Assembly: GCA_051362555.1 (NCBI GenBank)
Contig: CM120642.1
Location: 14,570,001 to 14,634,000, forward strand
DNA length: 64,000 nucleotides
Reading direction: 5' to 3'
Origin: Lingula anatina
Taxonomy: Eukaryota; Animalia; Brachiopoda
Shown: piece after piece, positions 22,601-37,013 of the stretch
How the letters are laid out: every line of letters starts with the position of its first letter
How positions within the stretch are numbered: position 1 is the first letter of the stretch
The notes under the pieces: model-generated
Seen by the model: the letters and a program-made list of their open reading frames with translations, nothing else
What the model was told of the DNA's origin: nothing
Databases searched by the model: none
Position numbers and translations under genes: made by a program

Positions 22601-24543
22601 TTATTCTTATTCAGTTACTTCATCTTCCCTTATAAATATTTTGTTAATATGCTATTCCCTCTTTGGAAGGGAAGCAGCATTTGGGATTTTTCCCCATTAA
22701 AAGGATTTGTTGTCATATTAAAAGGAAAATAAAATTGAATTACGTTTCAAATGTAGAAAGGTGAATTGTTTTCTTTGCTTGTCAGTGAAGCAGCAGAACT
22801 TTACTCCACCTTAAATTATTAGCATTTTCACACTGATCTTGAGATACCATGAAAATTAGGACTTGATTGCACTGCCATCTATTTTCAGGTTTGGGACATG
22901 AGAACAAAAGCCTGTATATACACACTGACTGGTCACACCAACACAGTAGCAGACGTCAAGTGTCAGTCCGCAGAACCACAGGTCAGTCCACCTAGTTCTT
23001 GGTCATTGATATTAAGGCTTTACAGAACAGATTTGATTATTTTTTTAATATTATAAGGCATTTAGAAATCTGTTTTTATTTATTTATTTTTAGTAAAACT
23101 TGATTTTTTTTCCTGTGGTTACAATAATTTCGATTCTTACTTTCAGGTGATATCCTGCAGTCATGATAGCACAATTAGGTTATGGGATCTGGCTGCTGGG
23201 AAATCAAAAGCTACATTAACCAACCATAAAAAGAGTGTCAGAGCTTTAGCACTTCATCCAGTACAGTGAGTTCTTTTTTTAATATGTGATGACTACGGTC
23301 TGGAATAAGCCACCTATTATGGAGACTGGGCATAAAGCACTTAAACAGCACGTCATTTGCACATTGTTTAAACACATTGAAAAATAATATGACTTTACAT
23401 TACATATTACATTTTTTGTGTATTCTTTATTTACATTAAACAAATAAGATGTCAAATTTAACTACAAAATGGAACAAAGCTGTCTGTATTTTATCCATGC
23501 AATAAACAAAGTAAAGTATTGTAATTTGCTGCTCTACTTTCAGGTATACCTTTGCTTCAGCATCACCAGATAACCTGAAGCAATGGAAGTTTCCTGATGG
23601 CAACTTTATCCAGAATATGTCAGGTCATAATGCTATCATCAACAGTCTGGCAGCTAACTCAGATAATGTACTAGTCTCTGGAGGTGAGTTTTCTTGTTTG
23701 CAGTTTACTCGGGGTGAATTTCTATTTTCGGTGAGCCATATAGACTTTCCTGAAAGCATGTTATAGATAAATTTCTGGTGAGAAATGTTGGCAAGTTTTT
23801 TGTGACTGTGGGAGCGAGTGCTGAAGTCTTTCTCTTCTGTTTGTCCGGTCAAACGCAATTGGTAATGCTGATTTGAATTACAGAACTTACTGTCTCATTA
23901 AATGATGGCATAAAAAATGGCATGAGCCAAATATTTTTCTTTTTAAGTTACAAGTATGTCTGACCACATGATATAAAAATAAAAATTAAATACAATAAAT
24001 GAAATGAATTCAAATACAGCATTGATATTCCTAGATTTTTTTTCTTATAAAGTGGCCTATAGTTCTTTATTATTATGATCTGTTTGCTGCCTGTTTTAGG
24101 GGACAATGGTACTATGTATTTCTGGGACTGGAGATCAGGCTACAACTTTCAGCGTATGCAGGCCATGGCACAGCCAGGTTCTATAGACTCTGAGGCGGGG
24201 ATATTTGCCCTGCAGTTTGATAACAGTGGAACCAGACTCATCTCTGCGGAGGCTGATAAAACCATAAAGATTTATAAGGAAGATGATACTGCCGTATGTA
24301 TTACCTTTTACAGCCTTTAAAGGGAAAAATGCTAAGAGAACAATTAAGTGATAAGGTGTAAAGACGATTTAAATGTCAAGTAAAAATAATTATTTTGATC
24401 TGTTCATTAGTTAGGATAAGTTTTTCAAAGCAGGTACAAATTGTTTGAGAATAGATATTTACTTGAGCATTGTTCTTTTTCAGACTGAAGAAACCCATCC
24501 AATAAATTGGAAACCAGACATTTTAAGGAAAAAGAGATACTAA
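19647..24543 (+). CDS. PLRG1: Pleiotropic regulator 1 (Prp46) WD40 spliceosome (Prp19 complex) protein. The tiny first coding exon is unresolved; candidates are ATG GTG|GT at 19138 or ATG GAG|GT at 19248.
   Basis: Exons encode [91 protein letters not shown]...[12 protein letters not shown] and [19 protein letters not shown] (stop 24541-24543). Confidence 0.95.
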
Positions 24544-26064
24544 AACTTGCCATGAGAATTATTAGAAAAAGAATATGAAAGTGTAACACGGTGTTCAAGC
24601 ATTAACATTCCTGGAAAATTTCTAAATGAGTGGGGACAGATTCTTAACCCAAAGATTACAATGTGAAAAAATTCAGAATATGTGTACTTGACTGTTATAT
24701 GAGAACAAACACAGTATGTGGAGTGAGGATTTTAAGGTCTTTTATATACCATGGATCCAAAATTAATATTTATCGCTAATATACGTCTATTGTACAGCCT
24801 TACTCTAATATTGAGACTTTGAAGTTGTTATTTGTATGATTTTGGAAAGAAAATGGGAAGATATAATTTGCAAGTACATTCTGTCCTTCTACATTATATG
24901 TTTAAAAGCTGTAAATAATGACTTATTTTTAGATTTTTTGCTTGACTAGCTCCAGCAAGAGTTTTTAAAAACAAGCAAACTGACTTATATTTCTAAAATC
25001 TAGCTTGTGAAACTTCACAGCTGAAGATTTGAAATGAACTATGGCATATGTTTGTAAACCATGGGTATTTTGTCTGCAAATTACTTCATATATTTCAAGT
25101 TAGTCATGATATTTTAAAGTTACGAGACTGAAGCAGCTAAGAAACATTTAAATTAATATACAGTCATGTCTGAAATAAGCGAATTAAAATGCTTAAAATC
25201 TCAAAGAAAACCATGAACAATATTATGAACAAAATTTATTAACAGAAGGTTATCTGGCCTTTCATGAACCAGCATGAAAACCATGGAAGTGGAAATTAAA
25301 AAAGCATAGATTTATAACACTGCAGCATGTATCTTGATTAATTGATATCATAATCATTCCTATTCTACCATTAATTTGACTACATTTGAATAACAACATT
25401 AATCAGAAATGACTTGTCAGATCAGACTTGATCAAAATGGCAAATTCAGTAAAAACGTGTCTAAACTTAAATGAAATCACAATGACTTCTAGTATACATC
25501 TAGATTAAATAAAAGATGAATATCTGTAAAGCATGTATCTGCATAAAAAACTATGTAAGTTTGAATATTTGACTAAATGTAAAGCTCTCTGAGATTGTAC
25601 AGTCATGTAACCTATAATATATATTGTAATAATGGAACGTTAACATTTTTATGTGCAGTGTAAATTACTGCATCAGAAAAATAAACTAGAGATACAACTG
25701 TCTAAAAAGGACGGATTTTACTGCATTATAAGAGACATCTAAAACCTGCATACCTGCCTCTCAAGATTTCAGGTTCTACAAATTCAATTTCTCTGCCTTG
25801 CCATACATATATACAACTTTGCTTTAAATCACAATATGTCTATAATGGACGGTTATTTATTGACATTTAAATAAGAAATTTATATAGTCATAAGCATGTA
25901 TCATACTATGTCAAATTTTTAATTTAACTGAGTTTGTAAAATATGCTGAAATAGATATATTCCCCTTAAGACTGATTGCAACAACACTTGTAATTCCTCT
26001 TAAGTTAAAATGATGTCAAATTGGATGTCAAAGTTTATGTTTTATAAGAACTAAGTCTCCAGGG

Positions 26065-29000
26065 TTAGTTGGCTGCAGCCTGTCCCTCCAGCACTGTCAA
26101 CCTGTCTTTTAGCTCTGCAATTTCTGGAAAAGAAAGAAACCATCTGTAATACTTCTAATCTTACCTGATGTATTGATAGGACATTGACAACAACTTTTCC
26201 TTGTCCCAATTTAAATTTTGTATGATACAATATTTTTACTATTCAGAAACCTAATTTGGTGTAATGTAGCCAAGTTTATTGCTACCAAAATATTGATTTT
26301 GTTTAATATTTCATCAATGGTATGAATAAAATAAGAAAATATGTCCTGAAATAATTACAACACATTTGACTTTTAGACTGCTTACTTATCTGGTAATAAT
26401 CTTCATTGGATCATTGAAAATATGGGAATAATTTGAAAATCATTATCTACCTAGCAGGGTCACATATCTTCCCAAGACTGTAAAAAAAACCTAGATAAGA
26501 AATTCCAGCTCTCACCTTGTCTAAGGGACTGGTTTTCCTCTACCATCTCAGCATTCCTGGAAGACATGAAGACGGCATCCTGTACTGCATCTTCAAGCAG
26601 TCCTCTGTATCTCTGCTCCAGGGCAGACTTCTGCTGCTCAAATACCTCACGATAGTTACGGAATGTCTGGAAATATGGAAATGCAAGGATTAATTACAAG
26701 ATGACACTGGGCATATCTCACACATTACTTGGTACATTGACATCATTGTAGGGCTGCATCATAAAAAATGTTAGGGCTGAAACAAAAGTATGTATTAAGT
26801 TTTTCCATGACAGAGTATCAATTTTTCCATAACAGAGTTTTAACTCAAAAGTAATACTGTGATAATTCATGTCATCAACTATCATCTTAGATTTATAATT
26901 TTTGCTTGGAATCAAATCACATTAACTTTTTTGTAGCTTATTTGGCACAGATATGATTGATAGTTGATTAAATTTTTTGCCTGAAGATAAAACATTGGTA
27001 AGACAAACAAATTTTGGGTATCTACTGATACCTATATTTTCATGCTAGTTGAGTAAGTACAGTAACTGTCTCTAAACCTTGAATTTAAATGGTTCTGTTC
27101 ATAAAATTCTCACCTGGAAATTTTGCAGCTGCAGTATTTCTGTCTCCTCTTTGTGATGTTTATATGCATCGTCCAGGGTCCTCTGAAGGCGAGCCTTCTC
27201 CTGTTCAAGCACTTGTTGCTGAAAAAAAAATACGCAGTCAAACAGTCAAGAAAACTGCAGGACTTTCTGTTTTGATAAACTAACTTAAAGGGATAATAAC
27301 TCTTCGTATGAGATCTATATTTCACAATAAAAACATTGTGAATAACTCATAGACATATAATATATTCTGTTTTACCACAAAAACGGCAGTAACAGCTATT
27401 ATTCTGATATCTGAGCTTGTCTTTAGACCACGTGACCTCCATTGATGGCTATACTCTATTAAAATCTCTTAAGAGATTTAAACAAAAAACCAAACTTTTT
27501 AGAAAAAAACCAGGGACTAACTTTGAATGTAAAAATGGATTCATTAACCATTGGTAAGTATGGGAAAATTGTTGTTTACTCCAGGAAAATTCATTTTTTG
27601 GCAGAAACGAAGAGTTATTATCCCTTTAAAATCACAGTCAAGAGATTTAACTGTGGATATTCTGAACTCAGGAATCATAAAACAAACTTCAGCATTACAC
27701 CAGATAAGCTCTGTCATAATACCTCTTCCAGCAAAATAAATAAAGTAATTAAAATTACAATAAAAAATGAAATAAATAATGAATAAAACTTACCTGAAGT
27801 GCAATCACTTGTCTCTCTGCCTTCAGCTCTGCAACCTCTATCTCCAGCTTGCTGCCTTCCTCTGAACTGTACTGCTTGCCTTGCTCCACCTTGTTCTGTA
27901 AACATTACATCAGATTGATATACTTAACACAACATGAATCATATCACAGTTTTCCTGCCAAAACATTTCTATTGGTAACATACCATTTTGTCAGGAGATA
28001 AAGTAAACAGAACACAAATTATGATGTTTGCTGTAGGAGAGCAATTCTGTGACTTGCTGTAAATCTTTCCAATAGCAGACACCATGGAAGAATTAAAAAA
28101 AAAAGAAGAAACAAATATTAACGTGAATTTCTAAAGCACAGTCAGGAGAAATGAGAGTGAAATTTAGGACTTATTCAAAGACAATGTGTATATGCTTTGT
28201 TAAAAAGAGCATGATATTTACCTGAATTTCCATTCTGAGAAAATCCACCTCTCTCCCGACCCTCTCCATCTCATCTTCCACCATGATGGCATTCTCCATC
28301 TCGATCTTCTTTCGCTCCTCAATCTACAAGAGAGAGACAAATCATAGCAAAACTTAACAAAAAGTAATTGTTTGGTATATTTAAGAACAAACAATGTTGT
28401 TAAATGATAATAAAATGTCCATAAATCAGTTATTAAACCTTATACGTGTTCAGACGGCACATAAAAACTTTCACGTTAAACTTTAACCAGAATAATTTCC
28501 ATCAATACCATGTACAATATCCGTAAGTATGTGACCCACCTCTACAGCCTGTCTCAGCTCAGCATTACCCCTCAGCATCATGTTCTGGGATCTGGCATCC
28601 TGAAGGCAGATATAAAAGTAACACATAAATATGTTACAGCAAGTTAAAATTTAACAGATCCGCAGTTATATTTGAATCAGTAATCTTTCAATTAACACTG
28701 GCTCATTCTAACTCTTTTGGTGGTCATTTGGTTTTCCTTTTATTAAGACTTTTCAGTCTCCCTCTCTGTAAATACACACAATATTTTTTACCTCTCTTTC
28801 TGTCCTTTGTTTCTCTGTGACCTCCTTCAAGTGTTGTTTTATTTCCTTCAGCCTTTCACTTTCACTCTTCAAAAGCTCTTTCAATTCATGAATGGCTGTC
28901 ACCTTAGCCTTGGTGCTAGCATCTGTAGCTTTACCTTTTTTAGGAAAAGAGAAGTTTTGAACTTTCAACTGCTTCTAGAAAATCAACTTTCATAGTGATA

Positions 29001-32000
29001 CATGTTTGATTTAAAAATGATATTTTGAGCGAGTTCATAATGTGTCTTGTAAATTTTTTTAAATTAAAATTAAAATGGTACCTCAAACCACACAAATAAT
29101 AATGTTGCTACTTCACAAGGGACAATCAACATGTTAACACCATATTTACACACCTTTGCACAACATGACTTTTAAGTAATTGGAAGTTAAAACTTCCTAG
29201 CACATGGAATCACTTGACACTTTAAAACCCAGAAACTCCCATTCCACACTTACCACTGTCAGCCATCTTGGAGTATTCTGCAATCTTTTTCTGCAGGTCT
29301 TCTTTCATTCCATCCACAGCCTTTCTCTTTTCTTTGTATTGAAGCATTAACTGTGTTCAAGCAAAACAGAAAGATCAACATTAAAACATACAATACATAC
29401 ACTTCATACACTGGTACTCTTAGATCCAATTCACCTATATCAGTAACTAACATGTACTTAGTATAAATCCAAAGATATATAATACATGTGTCAGATTAAA
29501 AAAGACAACTTTATCAATAGTCTACCTAGCAGGCCAATATATTTATTATACTCTGTCAAAGAAATTTGCATCTCAATTCTACTTAAACATTTTTAAGACA
29601 ATAATTTATAAAGTACACTGATAAATAGGTAAGGTCATATACCTGATCTTTTTCTTTTTGAAGAAGCAAAAGCTTTTCCTGCATCTCCTTGTCTCCCTTT
29701 CGCATGCTGTCCATCACCCACTCCAGTATTCCCTAGAATGTTGATACACACAAAATAAAGAGAGTTGAAAGATTGAAATGATTATGAAAATTTAGTCACA
29801 TGGCCCCTTTCCTTGATAAAAGCTATTTATTCATTCATTTATTTCTGTCTCATTTCTCCTAGATTCTAAATTGGTTATTGGTACAGATGCTCAAAATTAT
29901 GCCCCAGAATTTTAACACAGTATAACTGTGTGAAAATCTATGCCATCAACTGCCATACAATTGAAATCAATTCACACTTTCATTTGTAGCTGATTTGGCA
30001 TAACAGTTACAAGATTTGTTTTCCATGTATACCTTATTAGCCAAGTTTGTTTTTCTTTCCTCTTCATACTGAATGGACAACCTTTGCTTCTCTTCCCATG
30101 TCTGCCTCTTGGCAATTTGCAAATCATGGATTAAATCCTGAATGCAGAAAATACAAATTATTATAATAAGGATAGTAAGAAATTGTTTTTCAAATTACAT
30201 CAATTTGATCAAACCATACCTACATCTTCAATCAATTAACACAAGAAACATGGACACCATAAGGAGGTGTTTTGTTCATCGTCATACCTCCATCTTCATG
30301 ACATCCTCCTTCTTACTGTTTGTTGTCAGCTTGTCTCTGAGACGTGCAATTTCTTCTCTGAGGTCAGCGATGATGTGTGTTGTCTCATCCTGAGCAAGAT
30401 AAGATAAGAATTCATTCAACCAATTATAAAAATCGGAAACCATTTTCTTTTAGAGCAAAGTTTGATAAATATACAAAGTAACAGTGATACAATAAACAAA
30501 TAAAGAATTATGTTTGAAAAACAAATTAAAATGCCTTACTGCACTTGGATAATAATTGTTCAAAAAGCTTTTACTTCCTTTGAAATAAAAGAGCTAAGAG
30601 ATAAAATCCAAAGTAAAAATGATTTGATATTTATATTAATTTTTATATATGAATAAGGGGAGAAGTTGCTATGAATCTTATCTGGCAGATAAAATTGTAC
30701 GAAAGTAGGATATATACCATGAATGGTAGGAAACTACAACCAAAACACCGCTTACCAAATTAACTCTGGCCTCGTTCTTTATATTCCTAGCAAGAGTAGC
30801 ATACTGCAGAGTTACCATAGTCTCCTGTGAGAACAGATCTGAAAACAAGAGATATCCAAAATAAAATGTGATAAAAATACCATTAACTAACTGTAAAAAC
30901 TACATCAAAATTTTCACAGTTACAAAATCACATTTTGCTTACATATATAACTAATCCAAGTCAAGATATCAGTTTGTTGAATTTACCACCTCTTTCTTTT
31001 GCTTCAAATAAAACTAGTGCATTTTAGTTGCAAATAAGTATCATCATTATAGACATGTGACAACAGCAACTTACCTGCTGGAGAAATGCAGGCAAACATC
31101 AGGCTGAAAGCATTCCCACCAAAGGCTTCCTGAAACATAATGTTATTCCAGTTTGAGCATCCATATTATCTTTCTTTAAGATCTCGAGTACATGCACTAG
31201 AAATAGGTTAATGTGATCAAGAGCATTTACTGGTCTGTTTTTCTGTTGCCAGGATGGACAGACTGTTAACTTCTTGAATTTAAAATGCAAAGGAATTTTA
31301 TACAGCATTAATGGTGGGGGGTATTCCTTCAAAGGATGTTCAGACTCTGAAATCAAAAAGCTATTTATAAATCTAACCTTCATGGGTGCAATCTTTTTAC
31401 AGTGAAATATTTACCTGTAGAAGCCTTGTTATTCTGGAGTCTCTGTATGGAACGTGGCCACCTTTCTTCTTGGAATCTCCCAGGGCTGCAATGACCCTTG
31501 CCACAGCCTGCAGACTGCTGTTACTGTCCACACCCTCAGATCCTGAAATATAACCATGGACACTTCAAACTTTTACCTGGAAGCACAAGAGGCAGCTACA
31601 GATCACGGTCACCAAAAGCTTTTGAAATTTTATCCAAAAGCTAATTATACTGTGAATATTTGTAGATGACATTCAAATAAGTCTGTTAGTGTCCAATAAA
31701 CACGAGTTGCAGTTAGCTATCTGATTTAAAGACCTTCAACTACTCATCAAAAATATATATAGTCTAGCTAGATTATAAAATCTATAAACCTATATTTCAT
31801 TAAATATATATTATAAATAATTAATAACATAGTCATGAGTGATGAATTCTAATAACGTGGTGAAGTTGGAAAACTACTTAGATTAGGTAAACACTTTGGA
31901 AAGATTATTGGTATTTAAGAGGTTACATTTAAATTAATATTAAGAAAACAAGAGACCTGTTTTATGTTCCGAACACAGATCATTGGCTAGGAAAGATGAC

Positions 32001-35000
32001 ACACAAACGAAAAAGCCGATTTTAGACAGCAACCAAATACAAGTACCTACTAGTCTATTACATAGTCAGAGTTCACTTTGTGCTACACATATAAATAGAC
32101 AGAAAAACAGCAAGTAATCATTAGGGAATATTACTTAGCTGTCTGAAATTGAAGTTGCACATCAATATGTTATACTTAATGATATATAAATCAAGACTTA
32201 AAATGTATACATAAACATGGCCAGGAAAAGAACCCTTATTTTCTGTACAGCATCGAAATGGTGCAAAAATGAGGAAAAAGCTGTTGCAACAGCACTGGTG
32301 CAAAATATGAAGAAAAAGGTAAAGGACAATATCAATGGATATTCAACATTTTGATCATAGCCTTTTGATAAATGGTAATTACTCACTTAATAAAAAAAAT
32401 AATGCAATTTATAATAATTAAATAGCAAAAAAATTCCAGAACAACATTCTGTTCTGTATACCTAAAAAGACATTTCTGACATGTAAATAATAGATAAAAA
32501 TAACAATGATAAAGTAAATAAAATCAAATTTAAAAAACAAAAGAAAAAAAAAATTGGTATAAGCTAGGCATTTAACATTTGTGAGTAATTACCACAACCT
32601 ACCATAATGAGGATCAGATGGACCTGGAGGAATCATAAATCAAAATCATTTTCAAATTTTAGTAAATATCCTACAGTGAAACACTTAATTCTGTGGATGT
32701 GTCAGTAAGAAAGTACTTGTGTGCCTATTATGCCATTACTGAAAAGAATTACATTATTTCATATACTACACATTACTGGGGTAGTGCTAACACTCGCCAA
32801 TTTAGCCAAATGCTAAAACTGACTTAAATTGGCTAAAGAAAAAGGGCTTGATTTGACATGTTTTAGCCAAATTATAACCATTTTGGTAACAAATTGACAA
32901 AAATGTGGTGATTTGGCTAAGCGAAAAAAATTGCTAGAGCTACCCCAGTATTAATTACTACATGATTGTATAAATACAACCATCACTCATGTTTTGTGAA
33001 TAAATATAATGCACAGATAAAATAACAGTGTTTTATATTGTTCTTTTTTTATTCTACTGGTCTTATTTTACACTATAAAAAGCATTATAAGAAACTGCAT
33101 CTGCAATGCATCAAATCAAGTGATAATTACCTGGACTACCTGTATGAATAATTGCACCACTATTTCTACAAACTGCCAAATATTTTTTTCATGATAAAAA
33201 TTTAATTATTTTGTATGCCAAAACTGTTGTTACAATTGATCAATAATGTATTGTCTCTGTCTTTACCTGCCAGGTCAACCATCTGTATAGTAGACTTCAG
33301 GCCAACCTTGCTGGAGTTGGACTCCTTCTGATCTACATGGATTGTGAAGATTGAGTGAGACCTGTAAGGAGAGTAAACAGAAGCATAACAACATGTTACA
33401 TAGCAATAACAACACGTTTTTCTTCCTGTTCTATGCAGCATGGCAGAAAGTGTAGATAACAAAATACTTAAAAAGCATTGTATCAGTTGCAGCATGTGAA
33501 AAATAATGCAATATTCAAAACTTTTTTTCACAGGTGAGATGAGGTAACTAAACTGTTTGGCTATTAAGATATTTAGAATGAGCCTTTATTAGTATTAGTT
33601 AGTCAACTCAGTGGTCTTTCAACAATTTATCTCAGAGACTTGGGGGGGGGGGGACTGGTATCACATAAAAGAGAGAACCGCGTATAACATAAAAGAGAGA
33701 GAGAATATTTTTTTACCTTGCCCTGTGTGCCCTGACATCAGTAGCTCCCATTTTCCGAGCTCTACTGCCCTGTTCATACAGCTTGGCCAGAGTTTCTCCA
33801 TCATTTGCTACTAGCTCTGACAGCCCATCAACATAGCTGGTTAATGCAGAAACAATGATGTTTTAAAATGAAACTGGCTAAACGAGGCAATCAATGTTCA
33901 GATAAATAAAAACATTAGGATTATCTGGTAATTGAAATAAGAACACTTAAATTTAACCAGCTTTCAGATTACTGGTTACACTCAGAGTTCTTAAATCAGC
34001 AGGCTGGACAAAACTTGTATTTTAACACTTATACTAGCTAGAGAAAGATATCAATTCAGTAACAGAAATAAATACTGTGTAATATCTCTGATGTAGATAG
34101 TACACAGTAACAGAAATATTTACTGCCTAATATCTACATCAGAAAAAAGTTACTAATTATGTTTTGTGCTGATGGTACATGACTTACATTCCAAGTTGTG
34201 GATGCTGTCTGACTCTCATCTCATTGGAATGTGGATTTAACAAGTCTGTCATTTGTTCATCCAAAATCTGAAATGAGGTGCATTTATCAATTTAACTTTT
34301 TCCCATTCTTTATTATTTAAAAAACTAATACAGTTACTGTAACAACCACTATTAAGAATTAAATGATTTGTTATCTTTACTGAAAATGGTTAACAAATTC
34401 TGGTCAATAATTTGGCCAAAAACAAGAAGTTCAACTTAAGAAAAACCTCACCGTGTTCTGTGTTTACTCTATTGACATTTGAACTTATTCGGCTAAAATA
34501 TATTTTTACAGTTGGGGTAAAGCACTAGAATATAGAGACTTACCTCAACAAATGTGACTGTGATAAAGAATTCTTTCTTCCCAGCTTTTTCTTCAACATG
34601 CTTGTACAGACTATGGTTCAACTGAAAATCACCCAAAACAGTAAAAAAAAAAAAAATACCACAGTTGTCATTTGTACCTTGGCCCTAAAAAGGTCAGAAT
34701 CTGGTTAAGGAAAATGCAAGGGGGGGGGGGGGGGGTTGTCCTGATGATGGCACCACACAGACTGCAGTATAGTTTGTATTGTCCCACATCGGAAAGGTGC
34801 ACCCCATCAGGTTTGATGTGCAGCCGAGTGGGATTCTGCACACCTATGTTTTTCCAAAACCAAATAAATGAATGTAGAAAGAGACAAATCCGAAAGGAAA
34901 ATGTTCAGCTCATCAACCTGGTCATTAAAAGTAGGATGGGGTAAGTGGATGAACTGGATGAAAAGATGCTTCCCTATTTGAGTCTTAGAATTTTGATGCA

Positions 35001-37013
35001 AAAGTGCACTTTTAACAATATGGATTAAATGCATTTAATTATCAAATTCTAATTTCTATATAGGGCCTCTATTTTTGTTTTTTTGTACATGCAACTTACA
35101 CAAGGAACAATCCCTGGGTCATCCTCTGTCCCTGACATCAAGTGGGACTTTCCAGAACCAGTCTGAAAAAAAAACCATAACAAAGTGAGCACGCTGCCTG
35201 GTGTGAATCTTTGAAGGTACATTTTGAACATACATAAAATCTCTGTTTTGTTTCCAAACAATCTCTACATGTTGGAAATTAGTTAATCTGTATATTACAG
35301 TGAATTAGTAAACATGATGCTCTTTTTTAAAATAGCTTTTTTCCTTTTAAGCTACAAAATATGATCAATTTTAATAAAAATAAATTATTGTTAACTTGCA
35401 TTATTTCATACTTCTCTTATTATGATAATGTAGATAAAATATTTAGGTCTACTTACTGCACCAAAAGCCATGATGCTGGCATTGTATCCTTCCAATGCTT
35501 TCTGCAGAAGTGGTTCACATCTGTCCTTGTACAGCTGGTTCTAGTTTGGATAAAATATTCAAATACTGGTAAAATAAAAGTTTGTTGATATATTATATCG
35601 ACTGCATACCATGAAGAATAAACATTATCTCAGCTTAATTAATGATTTATACATTCATCTACTTTTTCATATTGGTTGATACATTTATTAAAAAATTAAT
35701 TTTGGCAAATGTTATAACAAATGTTTAGAATGGAATGCTAGACTAAGTTAAAAGCGTATTTAAAACAATTCTAATACTCACTGCTTTCACATCTCCAGCA
35801 AAACTTCCATCATATACAAATGTTTGTTCCTGAGAAAATGTGCAGAGACATATTAATATGTCAAACAATACAATTTTAAGATAAATCTGGATGATGTGTA
35901 ATGATAATAACAAGTTAATATGACACCATAATCCCTTATGCATTTCAGAATGCCTATAAAGGATTTTCAACACCATTTTATCAATTGGCTTCCAGGTATT
36001 AGACTTCTTTCAAGTGTCTTAGGTTAATTACATGGCTTTTAATTCATAGATTCAGTTATTGTATTCACATGAAGAGTAAGATAAATCATTATTTAAAACC
36101 ATTAAACACTGAACAGACCTTTCCCCCTGTGTCCACACTGATTTTGTCTCCAGAAATCTTGACCACATTTTTCCCACCTTTAGTTTCTTCCACCTCTAGA
36201 AGGGGGCGAGCCTTGACCACCACCTTGACCTGAGTGGTCTCACTGGGCTTAAAGAGAATTATGAGATTTTTGTCATTAATTAGGTCAACTTCAATTTTTT
36301 ATTGAAATATTTTTCTTTATTTCGGAATATTTGAATGATACAATTTTGTGAATAAAAATATACCTTTCATAACTTTTTTCCCAGTGTTGGTTTTCAAGAC
36401 TACATACATTGTACATCTTAGGAAAAGTTTATCCTGTATTTATAAACTTTTCCCCTCTTGTAACACACATGCACAATTTTATTCATACCACATCACATTC
36501 AGCATATTAAGTGACTGGTCACTTTGAATAATAATAATTTACATGACCGTGAGGCAGGTGATCTCACAACACTATTATTATAATGGCTATCTGTACAAGG
36601 CAATACAATGTAGACCGTCATTTTATCAAATGTCTTATAACTAAGACCTTGCACTACAATAACTTTCAATGGGCCTGTCCTATCTTGGACGAAAAATTAT
36701 AAATTCAGTGCCAGTGATTGCAAATTGCACACAAAACCTTCAAAAACGCAACTAGTTTTGTCAGTTTTTAAACAAAACCGAAGTTTTAATTCAAGAATTA
36801 TTAAGAAGTAGCAAAACTACAGACTTAGAAGTAGAACACGAAAAAGTGGAACCCGAGTAAGCTACATACACTCGCGTTCTTGAGCGACATACTAGTACGT
36901 TATTTTTATGAGAAGACCAAACAACGGAAACACATCACACTGCGTCTATTTTTGCTTAATTTAGTTACCTTAACTCTCTACTATTTTGCTGACTAGAAAA
37001 ATTAACTTACCAT
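26065..37013 (-). CDS. Divergent kinesin-like protein: N-terminal motor domain plus long coiled-coil tail, >20 exons, subfamily not assigned
   Basis: ATG|GTAAG at 37013 is followed by exons encoding [37 protein letters not shown]|TGSGKSHLM (P-loop), [30 protein letters not shown]|EAFGGNA...CISPA and ETMVTLQYA. Heptad-rich exons then run to the stop TAA at 26067-26065. Confidence 0.9.
27289..27625. mobile_element. 337-bp MITE with TTAA TSD (Kolobok-like) in a kinesin intron
   Basis: TTAA|AGGGATAATAACTCTTCGT ... ACGAAGAGTTATTATCCCT|TTAA: perfect 19-bp terminal inverted repeats (TIRs). Confidence 0.85.
32776..32948. mobile_element. 173-bp MITE with TA flanks (copy 1)
   Basis: ta|CTGGGGTAG...CTACCCCAG|ta terminal inverted repeats. 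A second copy lies at 58793-58966. Confidence 0.75.
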
